Assembly: GCF_964204645.1 (NCBI RefSeq) | Contig: NC_134025.1 | Coordinates: 19,133,101 to 19,197,100 of the forward strand | Reading direction: 5' to 3' | DNA: 64,000 nt | Source of the DNA: Tubulanus polymorphus | Lineage: Eukaryota > Animalia > Nemertea | Part shown: positions 37,387-49,241 of the stretch, one piece after another | Numbering within the stretch: position 1 is the stretch's first letter | Layout of the letters: every line of letters begins with the position of its first letter | Notes under the pieces: generated by a model | What the model was told of the DNA's origin: nothing | Seen by the model: the letters and a program-made list of their open reading frames with translations, nothing else | The model's database searches: none | Made by a program: the position numbers and the translations under genes

Positions 37387-38475
37387 TCAAAGAAACTATT
37401 CTAACTCTAACTCAAGACTTAACTCTATAACTCACAACTGTGGAACTGGGTCCCAGCTCAACTAGGAACTTCAAGTAACTGTTGCTAAACTCCTGGATAA
37501 ATATGTGTAATTGATTCTTTGCAATCAAATAATCAAGCCCTCCAAAATGATTGAGAAAGTTAGTCTGGATACTTGGGGATGATAACAAGGCCCATAGCCC
37601 ATATGACCATTGTTTAAACTAATCTGGCCAACAAGACACTTGCAGTATAAAATGCCACTCCATTGTGTACACAGCAATTAAAGCAATGATCTGCTGTGAT
37701 TATCATCAAACAACACAATGCATAATTCACTCTGTCTCACAATTCATGATGTAGGGGCCTACATTGAAAGAATGTTTGAAGAAAGGTACTTTAGAAATAG
37801 GTGATACAAAATTCTCTGAGAGATACAATTGTCAGAATTTGAGGGGATTTTGAGGGGCCAAGGGCTAAAACTCAGAATTTGAGGGATTTTGTACCCTAAA
37901 AAATGAATTTTGGAATTTGAAGGGTTTTTGTGGAATTTTAGGGGCTGTAGGAACCATAAAGGCGCTTTCACACGACGAAATTTAGACTGGTCTAAATTTG
38001 GTACGGACCAATTTTGACCAGACCAAGCGTTCACACGGTCAAAAATACCGTTCCAAATACCGTTCCAAAATCATTGATTAAAATATTGTAATCATTGGGA
38101 TACGGTAGAGGTCGACAGGTATTTCTATTTTATTTTTGTAAATCAATAAGGGCTTTGTAAAATGGTGCCAGTAAAGATTTCTCCTAAATGTTGGTAGCGG
38201 TATCATAAACTTATCAACATTATCAAAAATGTTACAATGAAAGCGGTTAATGAAAAGGATAAGCTAAGAGATCGGGTCACTTCCGTATTCTGTGTATCCA
38301 TTCTGATGACCTGACCCTCTTTCATGCAAGACTGATGTGTCAAGTAATGTAGGTACACGGAAAGTTAGATCAGCCAAATTATTCAGTACCTGGAATTGGC
38401 TGATATTGGCCTATACTACCAAAATTTCTCCTACAAGGATTGAAATGAGTCTATGATCATCAATCATGTACTGAC

Positions 38476-38688
38476 CTGCTTCTTGATCCCTGTAATAACT
38501 ACTTCTTCTCATGTAAGAATGTGATCCATATACACTTCCACTGATTATTATGACACGAAATCTACTAGAACTAAATCCAGTTCCTGAACGAATTGATGAA
38601 CGTCTTGAAAGTCTACTTCCACGACTTCCACCTCTACTTCCTCCTCTACTGCCGCCTCTACCACCACCTCCTCGTCTAGCACAGACAT
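38476..38688 (-). CDS. 213-nt coding exon of an Arg/Gly/Ser-rich, probably secreted or membrane host protein
   Basis: TTTTGTAG acceptor, CAG|GTCAGT donor, open frame DVCARRGGGGRGGSRGG...GSVYG...YYRDQEA. Confidence 0.65.
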
Positions 38689-39669
38689 CTACAAAATTAA
38701 AAACAAGAAGCCTGAGGGCTTTGACGCTGTGCAAGCCAGTCTATCATGATTATCCCACAGGCACATTTGATGTTATTCTAATTACAACGTTCGCGAATCT
38801 GAAAGTTTGTGATGTCATTTCATAAATAAATAAAGAAGGAAGGCTCCGAGAATATCCAAATCACAGGTTACTATACTAATAACTGGGGTTCGACCATTCA
38901 CAAGTTAAAAATGTACTTCCTTGTTTGTGAAGTAAGTTTATTCATACTGTTATTAAAAGCAGTTCCTTATAACATTCTATAATAGTATAGTTTTTTCTTG
39001 GATATCGGCGGTTTATTTATTTATTGTACCGGTATGCGTTTTCTTAATTGAATTGAATTGGTCCGATCCAAAAGGCGGCGATGGTAATGTCATAGAAGAA
39101 CAAAGTCAGTTGAAAATACCTACCCACTGCACCGATAAAGAATGATTGCTAGCCAGAGACCAGTGACAGTCAGTAATGGGGAATGATGGTACCGTTCGTG
39201 ATTATGTTTTTATAATGGTTATTGGACGTCAATTTCATATGTGAATTGTAGTCCCCATCTGATCGCTTGACTTGTCAGACTGACTTGTCACTCCTCTACA
39301 AATAGTAACACCATAAGGCCTTCCCTGCTGCATAGTTTACCCTATATAGGCCAAATTTGTGCTTTGGGCCAAATTCGGTTTTCTTATCTAGTCGACTTTT
39401 TTTCAGAACTAATAATAACCGAATATGCGCTTAAACTGTCACTGTTATTTCCCCCAAGACCTGGCACATTAGTACTTTGCGCGTAGTAGCACATGCGCGT
39501 AGTAGCATATGTGGGTCAACATATACATGTTGTGAGTTGACCCCTAGGTGGCACTCTTTCGAAAAAACGGAATGTAACGAACTGATTTCGGGTGAAATCT
39601 TTGCTCGCATCCCTGAACAGCATTCTATCCAGAAAGGCAGAAACCCGTTATCGCTGCTTGCAGCTATAT

Positions 39670-41240
39670 TTAGGGTTTTCTGTTATTTCACAGAAAACCC
39701 TATTGATATCCGCGTGATTATTATTATTATTATTTTCTTCCACACTAGTTTTACTAAAAGAACAAAGGCTTTGTTACCTTGACGCTGTTGTCGATACAAT
39801 CCGTTTGATATCATTCAGCTCACTTCGATCTACAAATACCCCGTGCGTATTTCGAAGAATCATCGTTACAAAAGCACTGTTGGGCCGTAAACATCGAAAA
39901 TTGAGCCCCATTCAAAGAGCCGACATGTTTTTCTAAGTCATCTTTCCGAAATCTACCACACGTTTCTTGTCACATCATTTATCAATTCAAGCATAAATTA
40001 ACAAATATATTACCCAAAGATTGCACATTCTGTCGCGGTTTCTAAAAACTAATTTTAACAATAGCCCATTTGTCTCATCAAATCGTATTACCGATATACA
40101 GGAAATTTACTACTTTAGATTTTAAAAGCACTGTCGAGCCGTAAACATCGACAAATCGACGTGTGTCAGTACATCATCGTTCCGGGGATTAGCTGCGAGT
40201 TTCACCTCATCATGAGAATCAAATCGAGTATAAATAAATTCATTACTACCAGTGATTTGGCTGCGGGCGTCATGCAGTTAGTTTAGCAATACCTATTTTT
40301 CTTTATCAAATTAACCGTGTATTTACTAAGACAAATCTAAGATAATTTACTAAGATAAGTGTACCGGGGAGTCGTAGGCCTAAACAAAACACGCCGAAGA
40401 GATATAGGCTCTGTCGAGCCGTAAACATCGACGAATCGACGTGTGTTACTACATCGTCGTTCCGGGGATCAGCTGCGAGTTTCTCCTCATCATGAGAATC
40501 AAATCGAGTACAAATTAATTTATTACTACTAGTGATTTGGCTGCGGGTTTCAAGGAGTTAGTTTAACAATACCTATTTTTCTTTACCGAATTAACCGTGT
40601 ATTTACTAAGATAAATCTTTAGTGTACCGGGGAATCGTAGGCCTAAACCAAACACGCCGAAGATATATAGCGGAGAAAAGCTGTTATGTCGACGAGGTAT
40701 CAAAATAAAAGAATATATTACTTTATTCGGCCGCGGGCTTCAACCTCTATATCAATACCATCAATACTCTATATTTCCTACAGTACATACCGATCATTGT
40801 CAAATGCACAAGGTATTTACTAAATACAAGTAAATAACACAATCCTTTCCGTATGCTGGACTCACACTTGACATTCGGAGTAAGCGTTCGCTGTGGGGGA
40901 AAGGGATCGTTCGCTGTGTCGCTTGAAGCGTTTATCGAGTTTGACGCAGCTTTAGGCCTACCGGTACTGAGCTTTACTGTCTCAAACAAACACAGTATAA
41001 TTGCTGCATTTATTAACGGACTCATTGGATTGAACTTCAAAACAAAATTTACGATATTTAGGTGGGTTGTTATTCAATAGGCCTACGACCAATCTGTCCG
41101 GATGTTAGGCCTACGCATATACATAGGCCTACATAGGCTAGTAGCCTTTACTAGGTTAAGCGTTGGCTGTGGGGGAAAGGAGATCGTTCGCCGTGTCGTT
41201 TGAAGTGTTTATCGAGTTTTACGCGACCTTAAGGCTTTAG
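39670..41240 (-). mobile_element. HINE family C variant with internal duplication of about 285 bp
   Basis: Hairpin AGGGTTTTCTG...CAGAAAACCCT and (ATT)n; body homologous to 44130-45290; family C end fragment at about 39500-39670. Confidence 0.7.
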
Positions 41241-41334
41241 TGTGGTGGCTGATGAGGGCCATGCGTAAAAAAAACCACGTATATGCAAATGAGGGCGACA
41301 TTATGACAAAACGACAAAACAAAAATAACGCGAC

Positions 41335-42266
41335 AAAGCAATAATTTTGGTTTTGTCGCCCGCGACAATTCATAATTTTGGTTTTATCGCCCGCGACAAT
41401 TGCTTTTTTTGGTTTTGTTGCACACGACAATTCATTATTTTGGTTTTATCGCCCGCGACAATTTTTTTTTTGTCGCCGTTTTATCGCCTGCGACAATTCA
41501 ATATTTTGGTTTTATCGCCAGCGACAATTCATTATTTTGGTTTAATCGCCCGCGACAATACATTATTTTGGTTTTATCGCCCGCGACAATTCAATATTTT
41601 GGTTTTGTCGCCCGCGAAAATTCCAGATTTTGGTTTTATCGCCCGCGACAATTCATTTTTTTGGTTTTGTCGCCCGCAACAATTCAATATTTTGGTTTTA
41701 TCGCCAGCGACAATTGATTATTTTGGTTTTGTCGCCCGCAACAATTCATTATTTTGGTTTTATCGCCCGCGACAATTCATTATTTTGGTTTTATCGCCCG
41801 CGACAATTCATTATTTTGGTTTTATCGCCCGCGACAATTCATTAATTTGGTTTTGTCACCTGCGACAAATAGATATTTTGGTTTTGTCGCCCACGACAAT
41901 TCAATATTTTGGTTTTATCGCCCGCGACAATTCATTAGTTTGGTTTTGTCGCCCGCGACAATTCAATATTTTGGTTTTGTCCCACGCAACAATTCAATAT
42001 TTTGGTTTTATCGCCTGGGACAATTTAATATTTTGGTTTTAACGCCAGCGACAATTCATTATTTTGGTTTTATCGCCAGCGACAATTCATTATTTTGGTT
42101 TTATCGCCCGCGACAATTCATTATATTGGTTTTGTCGCCCGCGACAATTCAATATTTTTGTTTTGTCGCCCGCGACAATTCAAGATTTTGGTTTAATCGC
42201 CCGCGACAATTGATAATTTTGGTTTTATCGCCCGCGACAATTAATTTTTTTGGTTTTGTCGCCCAC
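41335..42266. repeat. 31-bp minisatellite, about 30 units
   Basis: Unit TTTTGGTTTTATCGCCCGCGACAATTCATTA. Confidence 0.95.
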
Positions 42267-42385
42267 TTTATTAGCTTTTGAATAATTAGGCCAATTAATA
42301 ACGTAATAAGACTTATGCTTTCGCCTATTTTGAAGTCGATTAATCTGATATAGCACGGAAGCGATAAAGGGCCTCGAGTTGTCGC

Positions 42386-42737
42386 GTTCAAACTCGACAA
42401 GTCGCCATATTTATGTCGATATGTCGCGATATATCGCGTGAAGTCCACATGAATATGTCTACATATCGTGACGTTTTCGGGACAAATTTCGCTTTTTTGC
42501 TCATTTTCCACGGGACAAGCCGTCATTTGAAGATATGTCTAAATGTAAGATGAGGACGCCAGTAATATGACGACTGAGTTTCAAGTCGTCATGGATATGT
42601 TGACTTGTCGCGAGGAAAATGGTCGAGAAAACGAAATATGTCGTCAAAACGTCACGATATATCGACATATTCATGTCGACTTGACGCGATATATCGTGGT
42701 ATGTCGACATAAATATGGCGACTTATCGAGTTGGAAC
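42386..42737. mobile_element. Palindromic MITE with long imperfect TIRs; partial copy at about 42858-43012
   Basis: GTTCAAACTCGACAAGTCGCCATATTTATGTCGA... / ...TCGACATAAATATGGCGACTTATCGAGTTGGAAC. Confidence 0.75.
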
Positions 42738-43019
42738 CCTTATTGTTCCGTAGATATAGTGTCGAATATTAAGGTCATTTTGGCAGATTCTTTTTTTTTT
42801 AAAGTGATATTAAAGCGATCATTCAAGTGAAATGAAATCAACTTAATGAAAGATCTACGGAAGCGATAAAGGGCCTCGAGTTGTCGCGTTCCAACTCGAC
42901 AAGTCGCCATATTTATGTCGATATATCGCATCAAGTCGACATGAATATGTCGACATATCGTGACGTTTTGACGACTTGAAACTCAGTCATCATATCACTG
43001 GCGTCCTCATCTTTCAGCA

Positions 43020-43875
43020 ACGCCAGTCACATGGAGTCGTACGTGTTCTACTTTCTGCTACGCGACACGACTGTCACAACCAACTGACGCGCTCTTGCGA
43101 CTGGCAGAAACTAGTCGCACACAATCGTATTGCAACCGACTTGCACCCAAACTTGCGATGCAATGCGAGGATCGCATCGTGTCACAAGACCAACCTACGT
43201 CCGGCTTCAAGTTACTGCGGAGCTCCAGAAATATCTTTTTTTTCGTTCAAAAGACCTTTCGCTTGAAAATTCTTTCGTCGGAACAAAATTTATTTCGTTC
43301 GAACCAATAATATTCTATACCAATGAACCAATTTGAAAAAATCGTTAAAACAAAGTTGAACAAACTTTTTTTTGTCCAAACGAAAGGTTTTTCGTTCGAA
43401 CAATCGTTCAATTGAACAGGATCGTTTTAATTTGAACAGAATTTTCTTGTCAGAACATTTAGTTTTTCGTTCGAGCAAGTATATTGAAAAAAGTTTTTTC
43501 TTCGAACCGAAAGTATTAAGTATTTCGTTCAATCGAACAGAATTGTTTTCATTCAAACATTCGTCCGAAAAAATTGTTTTCGCTCAACCAAATTTTTTTG
43601 CCGGGACTAAAAATTTTTCATTTCTACAATAACATAGCTTTTTATTCGAACACATTTTTTGTCAGAATGAAGAAAATTTTTGGTTCAAGCAAAAAGCGTA
43701 TTGTTCTATCAAACAGAATTATTTTCATTCGAACAAGATTTTCTTGTTGGAACAAGTTTTTTGGTCGAACAGCGTGTTAAGGTCGATTTGGAAATTTACT
43801 CGGTCTGGTATATGTTGGATTACTGTGTATGTCATTTGTCAGTACATTAAACAGAAGACAACGTAGGATACTACC
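43020..43875 (+). repeat. TTCGAAC-rich dispersed repeat, duplicated at about 45640-47465
   Basis: Direct similarity between the two copies; the second carries the Tc1/mariner insertion. Confidence 0.8.
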
Positions 43876-44084
43876 TTGCGTGACTCCACTAGTTTGACCG
43901 ACTTATTCCAAGATGAGGCGTTCCGTTGATTTCGGCTACAAGTTTTCGTTCAGAGATAACTGCTGAGCCATTCGGACGACCTATCATTGATACTGTTTCC
44001 TAATAGCCTGTTTTGTAATGGCTGATGTTGTGCCTTATCAAATGCTTCGTCGAAATCCACCGTTGAACAGGATTTTAAGACTGT

Positions 44085-45290
44085 GCAGAAAACCTGTTAT
44101 CGCTGCTTTGCAGCTATATTTATTATTATTATTTTATATCACACTATTTTCACTAAAAGACCACAGGCTTTGTTACCTTGCCGCTGTTGTTGATACAATC
44201 CGTATGATATCGTTCAGTTCACTGAGATCTACAATTACTCCGCGTGTTTTTTCACGAATCATCGTGACAAAAGCACTGTCGGGCCGTAAACATCGAAAAA
44301 TTGAACCCCATTCAAAGACCCGACATGTTTTTCTAAGTCGTCTTTACGAAAGCTACCGCACATTTCTTGTCACGTCGATTATCAATTCAAGCATAAATTA
44401 ACAAATTTATTACCCAAAGATTGCACATTCAGTCGCGGTTTTTGAAAACTAATTTTAACAATAGCCCATTTTTCTCATCAAATCATATTACCGATATACA
44501 GGAAATATACTACTTTAGATTTTAAAAGCACTGTCGAGCCGTAAACATCGACGAATCGACGTGTGTCACTACATCGTCGTTCCGGGGATCAGCTGCGAGT
44601 TTCTCCTCATCATGAGAATCAAATCGAGTACAAATTAATTTATTACTACCAGTGATTAGGCTGCAGGTTTCAAGCAGTTAGTTTAACAATACCTTTTTTT
44701 CCTTACAAAATTTAAACCGTGTATTTACTAAGATAAATCTTTAGTGTACCGGGGAGTCTTAGGCCTAAACTAAACACGCTGACGAGATAAAGCGGAGAAA
44801 AGCAGTTGTGTCGACGAGGTATCAAAATAAAAGAATATATTACTTAATTCGGCCGCGGGCTTCAACCTCTATATCAATACCATCAATACTCTATATTTCC
44901 AACAGTACATACCGATCATTGTCAAATGAACAAGGTATTTACTAAATACAAGTATATAACACACACCTATCCGTATGCTGGACACACTTGACATTCGGAG
45001 TATTCGCTGTGGGGGAAAGGAGATCGTTCGCTGTGTCGCTTGAAGTGTTTATCGAGTTTTACGCGACCTTAAGGCTTTAGGCCTACCGGTACTGACCTTT
45101 ACTGTCTCAAACAAACACAGTATAATTGTTGCATTTATTAACGGACTCATTGCATTGAACTTCAAAACAAAATTTACGCCTTAGGAGGGTTGTTATTCAA
45201 TAGGCCTACGATCCTATCTGTCCGGATGTTAGGCCTACGCATATACATAGGCCTACATAGGCTAGTAGCCTCTACTAGGTTAATGCTAAG
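44085..45290 (-). mobile_element. HINE family C variant
   Basis: Family C terminal motif and (ATT)n; homologous to about 39735-41230. Confidence 0.7.
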
Positions 45291-45507
45291 TTCACTGTAA
45301 AGGAAGAATCAGATTTATTAAAATGCATGTTAATTAGTGATTAACTGATTCTGACTTGTAACGATCAATCACAATTATCAATTTTACAGCCAAAAATGAA
45401 GATTTTTTTGAAAATTTCGTCTGAGCAGACAGCTTTATAAGCCAGATTTTTCATTTGAGTTTTTTCATCATAAATGAAACTGGTATTTCATTAATTCCTA
45501 ATGACTT

Positions 45508-45837
45508 AAGCCGGGTGTAGGTCGGCCTTGCGACGGCTTGTATCTCACTGCGACGCCATTCACTGCGACCACCCGCGACGATTGTGTCGCAACGACTCAT
45601 TGACCTATGCTCCCTTGCAACGGGTTGCGACTGTCAGCAATGCCAGTCACAAGGAGTCGCACGTGTTCTACTTTCTGCGACGCTACACGACTGTCATAAC
45701 CGAACTACGAGCTCTTGCGACTGGCAGAAACTAGTCACACACAGTCGATGAAAATCATATCATAACTGACTCGCACCGAAACTTGTAATGCAACGCGAGG
45801 ATCACATCGCGTCACAAGGCCGACCTACGTCCGGCTT
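45508..45837. mobile_element. MITE, Harbinger-like TIRs
   Basis: AAGCCGGGTGTAGGTCGGCCTTGCGAC / GTCACAAGGCCGACCTACGTCCGGCTT. Confidence 0.65.
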
Positions 45838-46083
45838 TGAGTTACTGCGGAGACCCAGAAATATCTTTTTTTTCGTTCAAAAGACCTTTCGTATGAAAAT
45901 TCTTTCGTCAAAACAATATTTATTTCGTTCGAACCAATAATATTCTGTTCGATTGAACCAATTTGAAAAAATCGTTAGAACAAAGTTGAAGAAACTTTTT
46001 TTTGTCCATTCGATCGAACAGAATCATTTTAATTTGAACAGAATTTTCTAGTCAGAACATTAAGTTTTTCGTTCGAACAAGTA

Positions 46084-47091
46084 CAGGGTGTCCCATTAAT
46101 TACTATACATAAAGAACTGCCTGTATCCTCCACATTTCTCAATGTTTTGATTTTCCACCAAAGGATAGAATGTAACGGTACTTTTTGATTATTATCATGG
46201 TTGCTATGGTAATTTGCTTAGTGATTTCCTAGCAACTGATTACATTGTTGTAGGGATTTTGTGTAATTTCGATTTAGAATAGATCACTTTTAAATCATGT
46301 GTATGTCAATGAAACAAAAAGCCTAGACTGTATGCTGTTTTTTTAGGAAACCAAATCTTTCTGTCAGTCTGAATCACAGATTTTGGAGTTAAAAATCCCT
46401 ATCCGATTGCAGAAAAGCCACTTAATGTCATCAAGTGAGCTGTCTGTTGTCTACTAGGTGTGATCTTTTGATTTGCCATACAGTCGGTCATCCAATGGGC
46501 CTATAATCGGGCCATACTTTTTGACAAAAAAGGAAATGGTGACTATGAATAGAGCCGGCTATCATACGATGCCGATTCAGTACTCCATTACAAAACTGTG
46601 TAGATGTCTAGAGGAAGTCTCAATCCAGTGTGGTTCCAACAGAATGGTGTGCAATGTTTTACAGCACGCAAAACAATTGATGACCTGCATTGGCATTTTG
46701 GTCACAGTATCGCAGCGCTGCAAACTGTGCTACTGGACCCCATACTCGCCTGACCTAAATCCACTGGACTTTTACTTGTGGGGCTTCTGCTGAAGGACAC
46801 AGTGTACTAAAACAAACCAAAACTATAGATGATTTAAAGAGAAACGTCTGCAATAACACAGATGATTGGCAACGTACAGAGAAATTTCAACAATAAACTG
46901 AATCATGTGATAAAATTGACAGCTTCTCTCATCTAGTATATTTTGTAAACCAATTGGATTTTAGTAAAGTAATTTTTTGTGGTGAAAAGTATTATTGTAA
47001 TCCATCTATCCTGGAGATTTGGCTGATATATCTCAAGCGGTTTGAAAATGACAGGCAGTTCTTTATGTATGGTAATTAATGGGACACCCTG
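46084..47091 (+). mobile_element. Internally deleted Tc1/mariner-superfamily transposon (DD37D/DD41D-like motif)
   Basis: TIRs of about 40 bp starting CAGGGTGTCCCATTAATTAC; TA TSD confirmed by the empty site CAAGTATATTG near 43476; transposase relic WTPYSPDLNPLDFYLWG. Confidence 0.93.
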
Positions 47092-49241
47092 TATATTGTA
47101 AAAAGTTTTTCGTTCAATCGAACAGAATTGTTTTCATTCAAACATTCGTTCGAAAAAAATTGTTTTTGCTCAACCTAATTTTTCTTGCCGTGACAAAAAG
47201 TTTTTCATTTCAACAATAACATAGCTTTTTATTCGAAAACATTTTTTGTCAAAATAAAGAAAAATTTTGGTTCAAACAAAAAGTGTATTTTTCGATCAAA
47301 CAGAATTGTTTTCATTTGAACAAGATTTTCTTGTCGGAACATTAAGTTTTTTGGTCGAACGGCGTGTTAAGGTCGTTTTGTAAATTTACTCGGTCTGGTA
47401 TATTTTGGATTACTGTGTATGTCATTTGTCAGGACATTAAACAGAAGACGACTTAGGATACTACGTAGGCTACCGGTATGCAAAAAATCATTTCATTTAA
47501 AATCAAACAAGAAAAAAAATATATAAAAAAGGACTCAATTTTGGTCAGTGTGAACTTTTAATGATAACTGACTTTTTACGAGAATGAAATCTTCGAAAAA
47601 TTGATTATGGGCCTTTTGTCTGAACTAATGTTCATAATTGTAATACCTCCCTTGAATGATGTAGAACTAAAACTATGAGTGACCCAATAAGATACGGTCA
47701 AAACTTGGTGGGAGCCTGGGTTTCATCGGAGGTTTTTTCATTTTTATCGTACGGACCAATCATGTCAGAAGCTCCAAAGTTCTTCAAATTTGAGGCCAGT
47801 CAGTGCCGGTTACTGACGAAACAAAGTTTATCCACTGATATGATTTTTAATAATTTCACGATTCCATAGGATTGCTTTAACGTTAAGTAGCTTACATCTT
47901 TACTCAGACAATCGTTGTTATTCGTGACCTACACTGTGGCGCACGTACTCTATAACTGATGCATACACGCAGTGAACACGAGAGTATAAGGCTGTATTGC
48001 CTACGCGACTGTACACTACTGTTTTCAACGAGAATGCTCCACTGTGCCACAGTTAACAAACTAATACAAATAATCAGGTTCCAAAACAGATCGCTAATGC
48101 GAACGTTAATGAAATGACTTCAATTGATGATAATAAAGTATTGCAGTTGAGTAAATATCAGACTCATCTCTAAAAATTCGATGCTATCAGTAAATCAGCC
48201 GTGTAACGAACACAGAAGTAAATTTCCGCATTTTGAAACCACATTTTCATCAGATATCTAGATGCAACGTTACCTTATGCATGGGATATCAAAACTAGAT
48301 GAATCATTGAACACATCGCACACAATAAATCGTTATATCATACGCCTTGGATATCATCAGTATTATACTGATATCCATTCGCGCTAGAAATGATGAATAT
48401 CAACCTATTCAATCATGCCGCCATTTCGTTTGTGAAATAATGCGCACCAGCTGATCGACCTCGTTCAATGTTATGACGTCATGATGGAAGTCAAAACCCG
48501 GTCAACACAAATTTTATAGAACCAAGATTTTGAGGGGTTTCGTCTTTGAAAGCCCATTACTACCGAACCAAGCGTCGGAACTTGGCGATATAAAGTTATT
48601 CCAAGGCAAATAGCATTGAATTTTCACATGTGTTATTTTGGACAGTTAAAGATGCTGCATAAAAAAACGTGCCCAATATAAATTTAATTTTTGAAACTTT
48701 TTGGTAAATTTCTCAAAAAATATGAAACCCACGGCTTTCAACTTTGCGCACCATAAAGAAAACCCAAATATATTTTTGCTTAATCCGTTCAATTCGCCCA
48801 TTAGTAGTGAAATAACAGGCCAATGAAATTGCGTTTGAGCGTGCTAAAAATAGCTTCGAGCGTAGTGTATTAAGCATACGAATGATTATCGATTGGCCAG
48901 ACCGTTGACATAGGCTCGCTAACGCGAGCCAAAAATCGTTGTTTATTTCTGAATGCCAATTCCTCACTGAACAAATTGATGAATAAAGGTAAATCAACCT
49001 AGCATGAACGAAATTATCGATCAAAACGCGCAAGGGCAGCATGTGCGACAGACTAGTTAATGCACCTGCCACCAGGAGACTTTGAAAACACCATATCTTC
49101 GGTTAAGCCACTTTGGTACATCGATACTTTTTACGTGGTAGCCCTTGTATGTAGCTGGATCCACATATCCAGCATATTGTTGTTCAAGGTTGTGCTTCTT
49201 TAGCAAAACAAAATGACATAAATTGTTTCTTTTGCTCAGTT

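Noticed and set aside
41335-42281. Long ORFs and CRISPR-like periodicity over the 31-bp array
   Set aside because: Contiguous tandem units with no unique spacers and no cas genes; the ORFs are by-products of the repeat.
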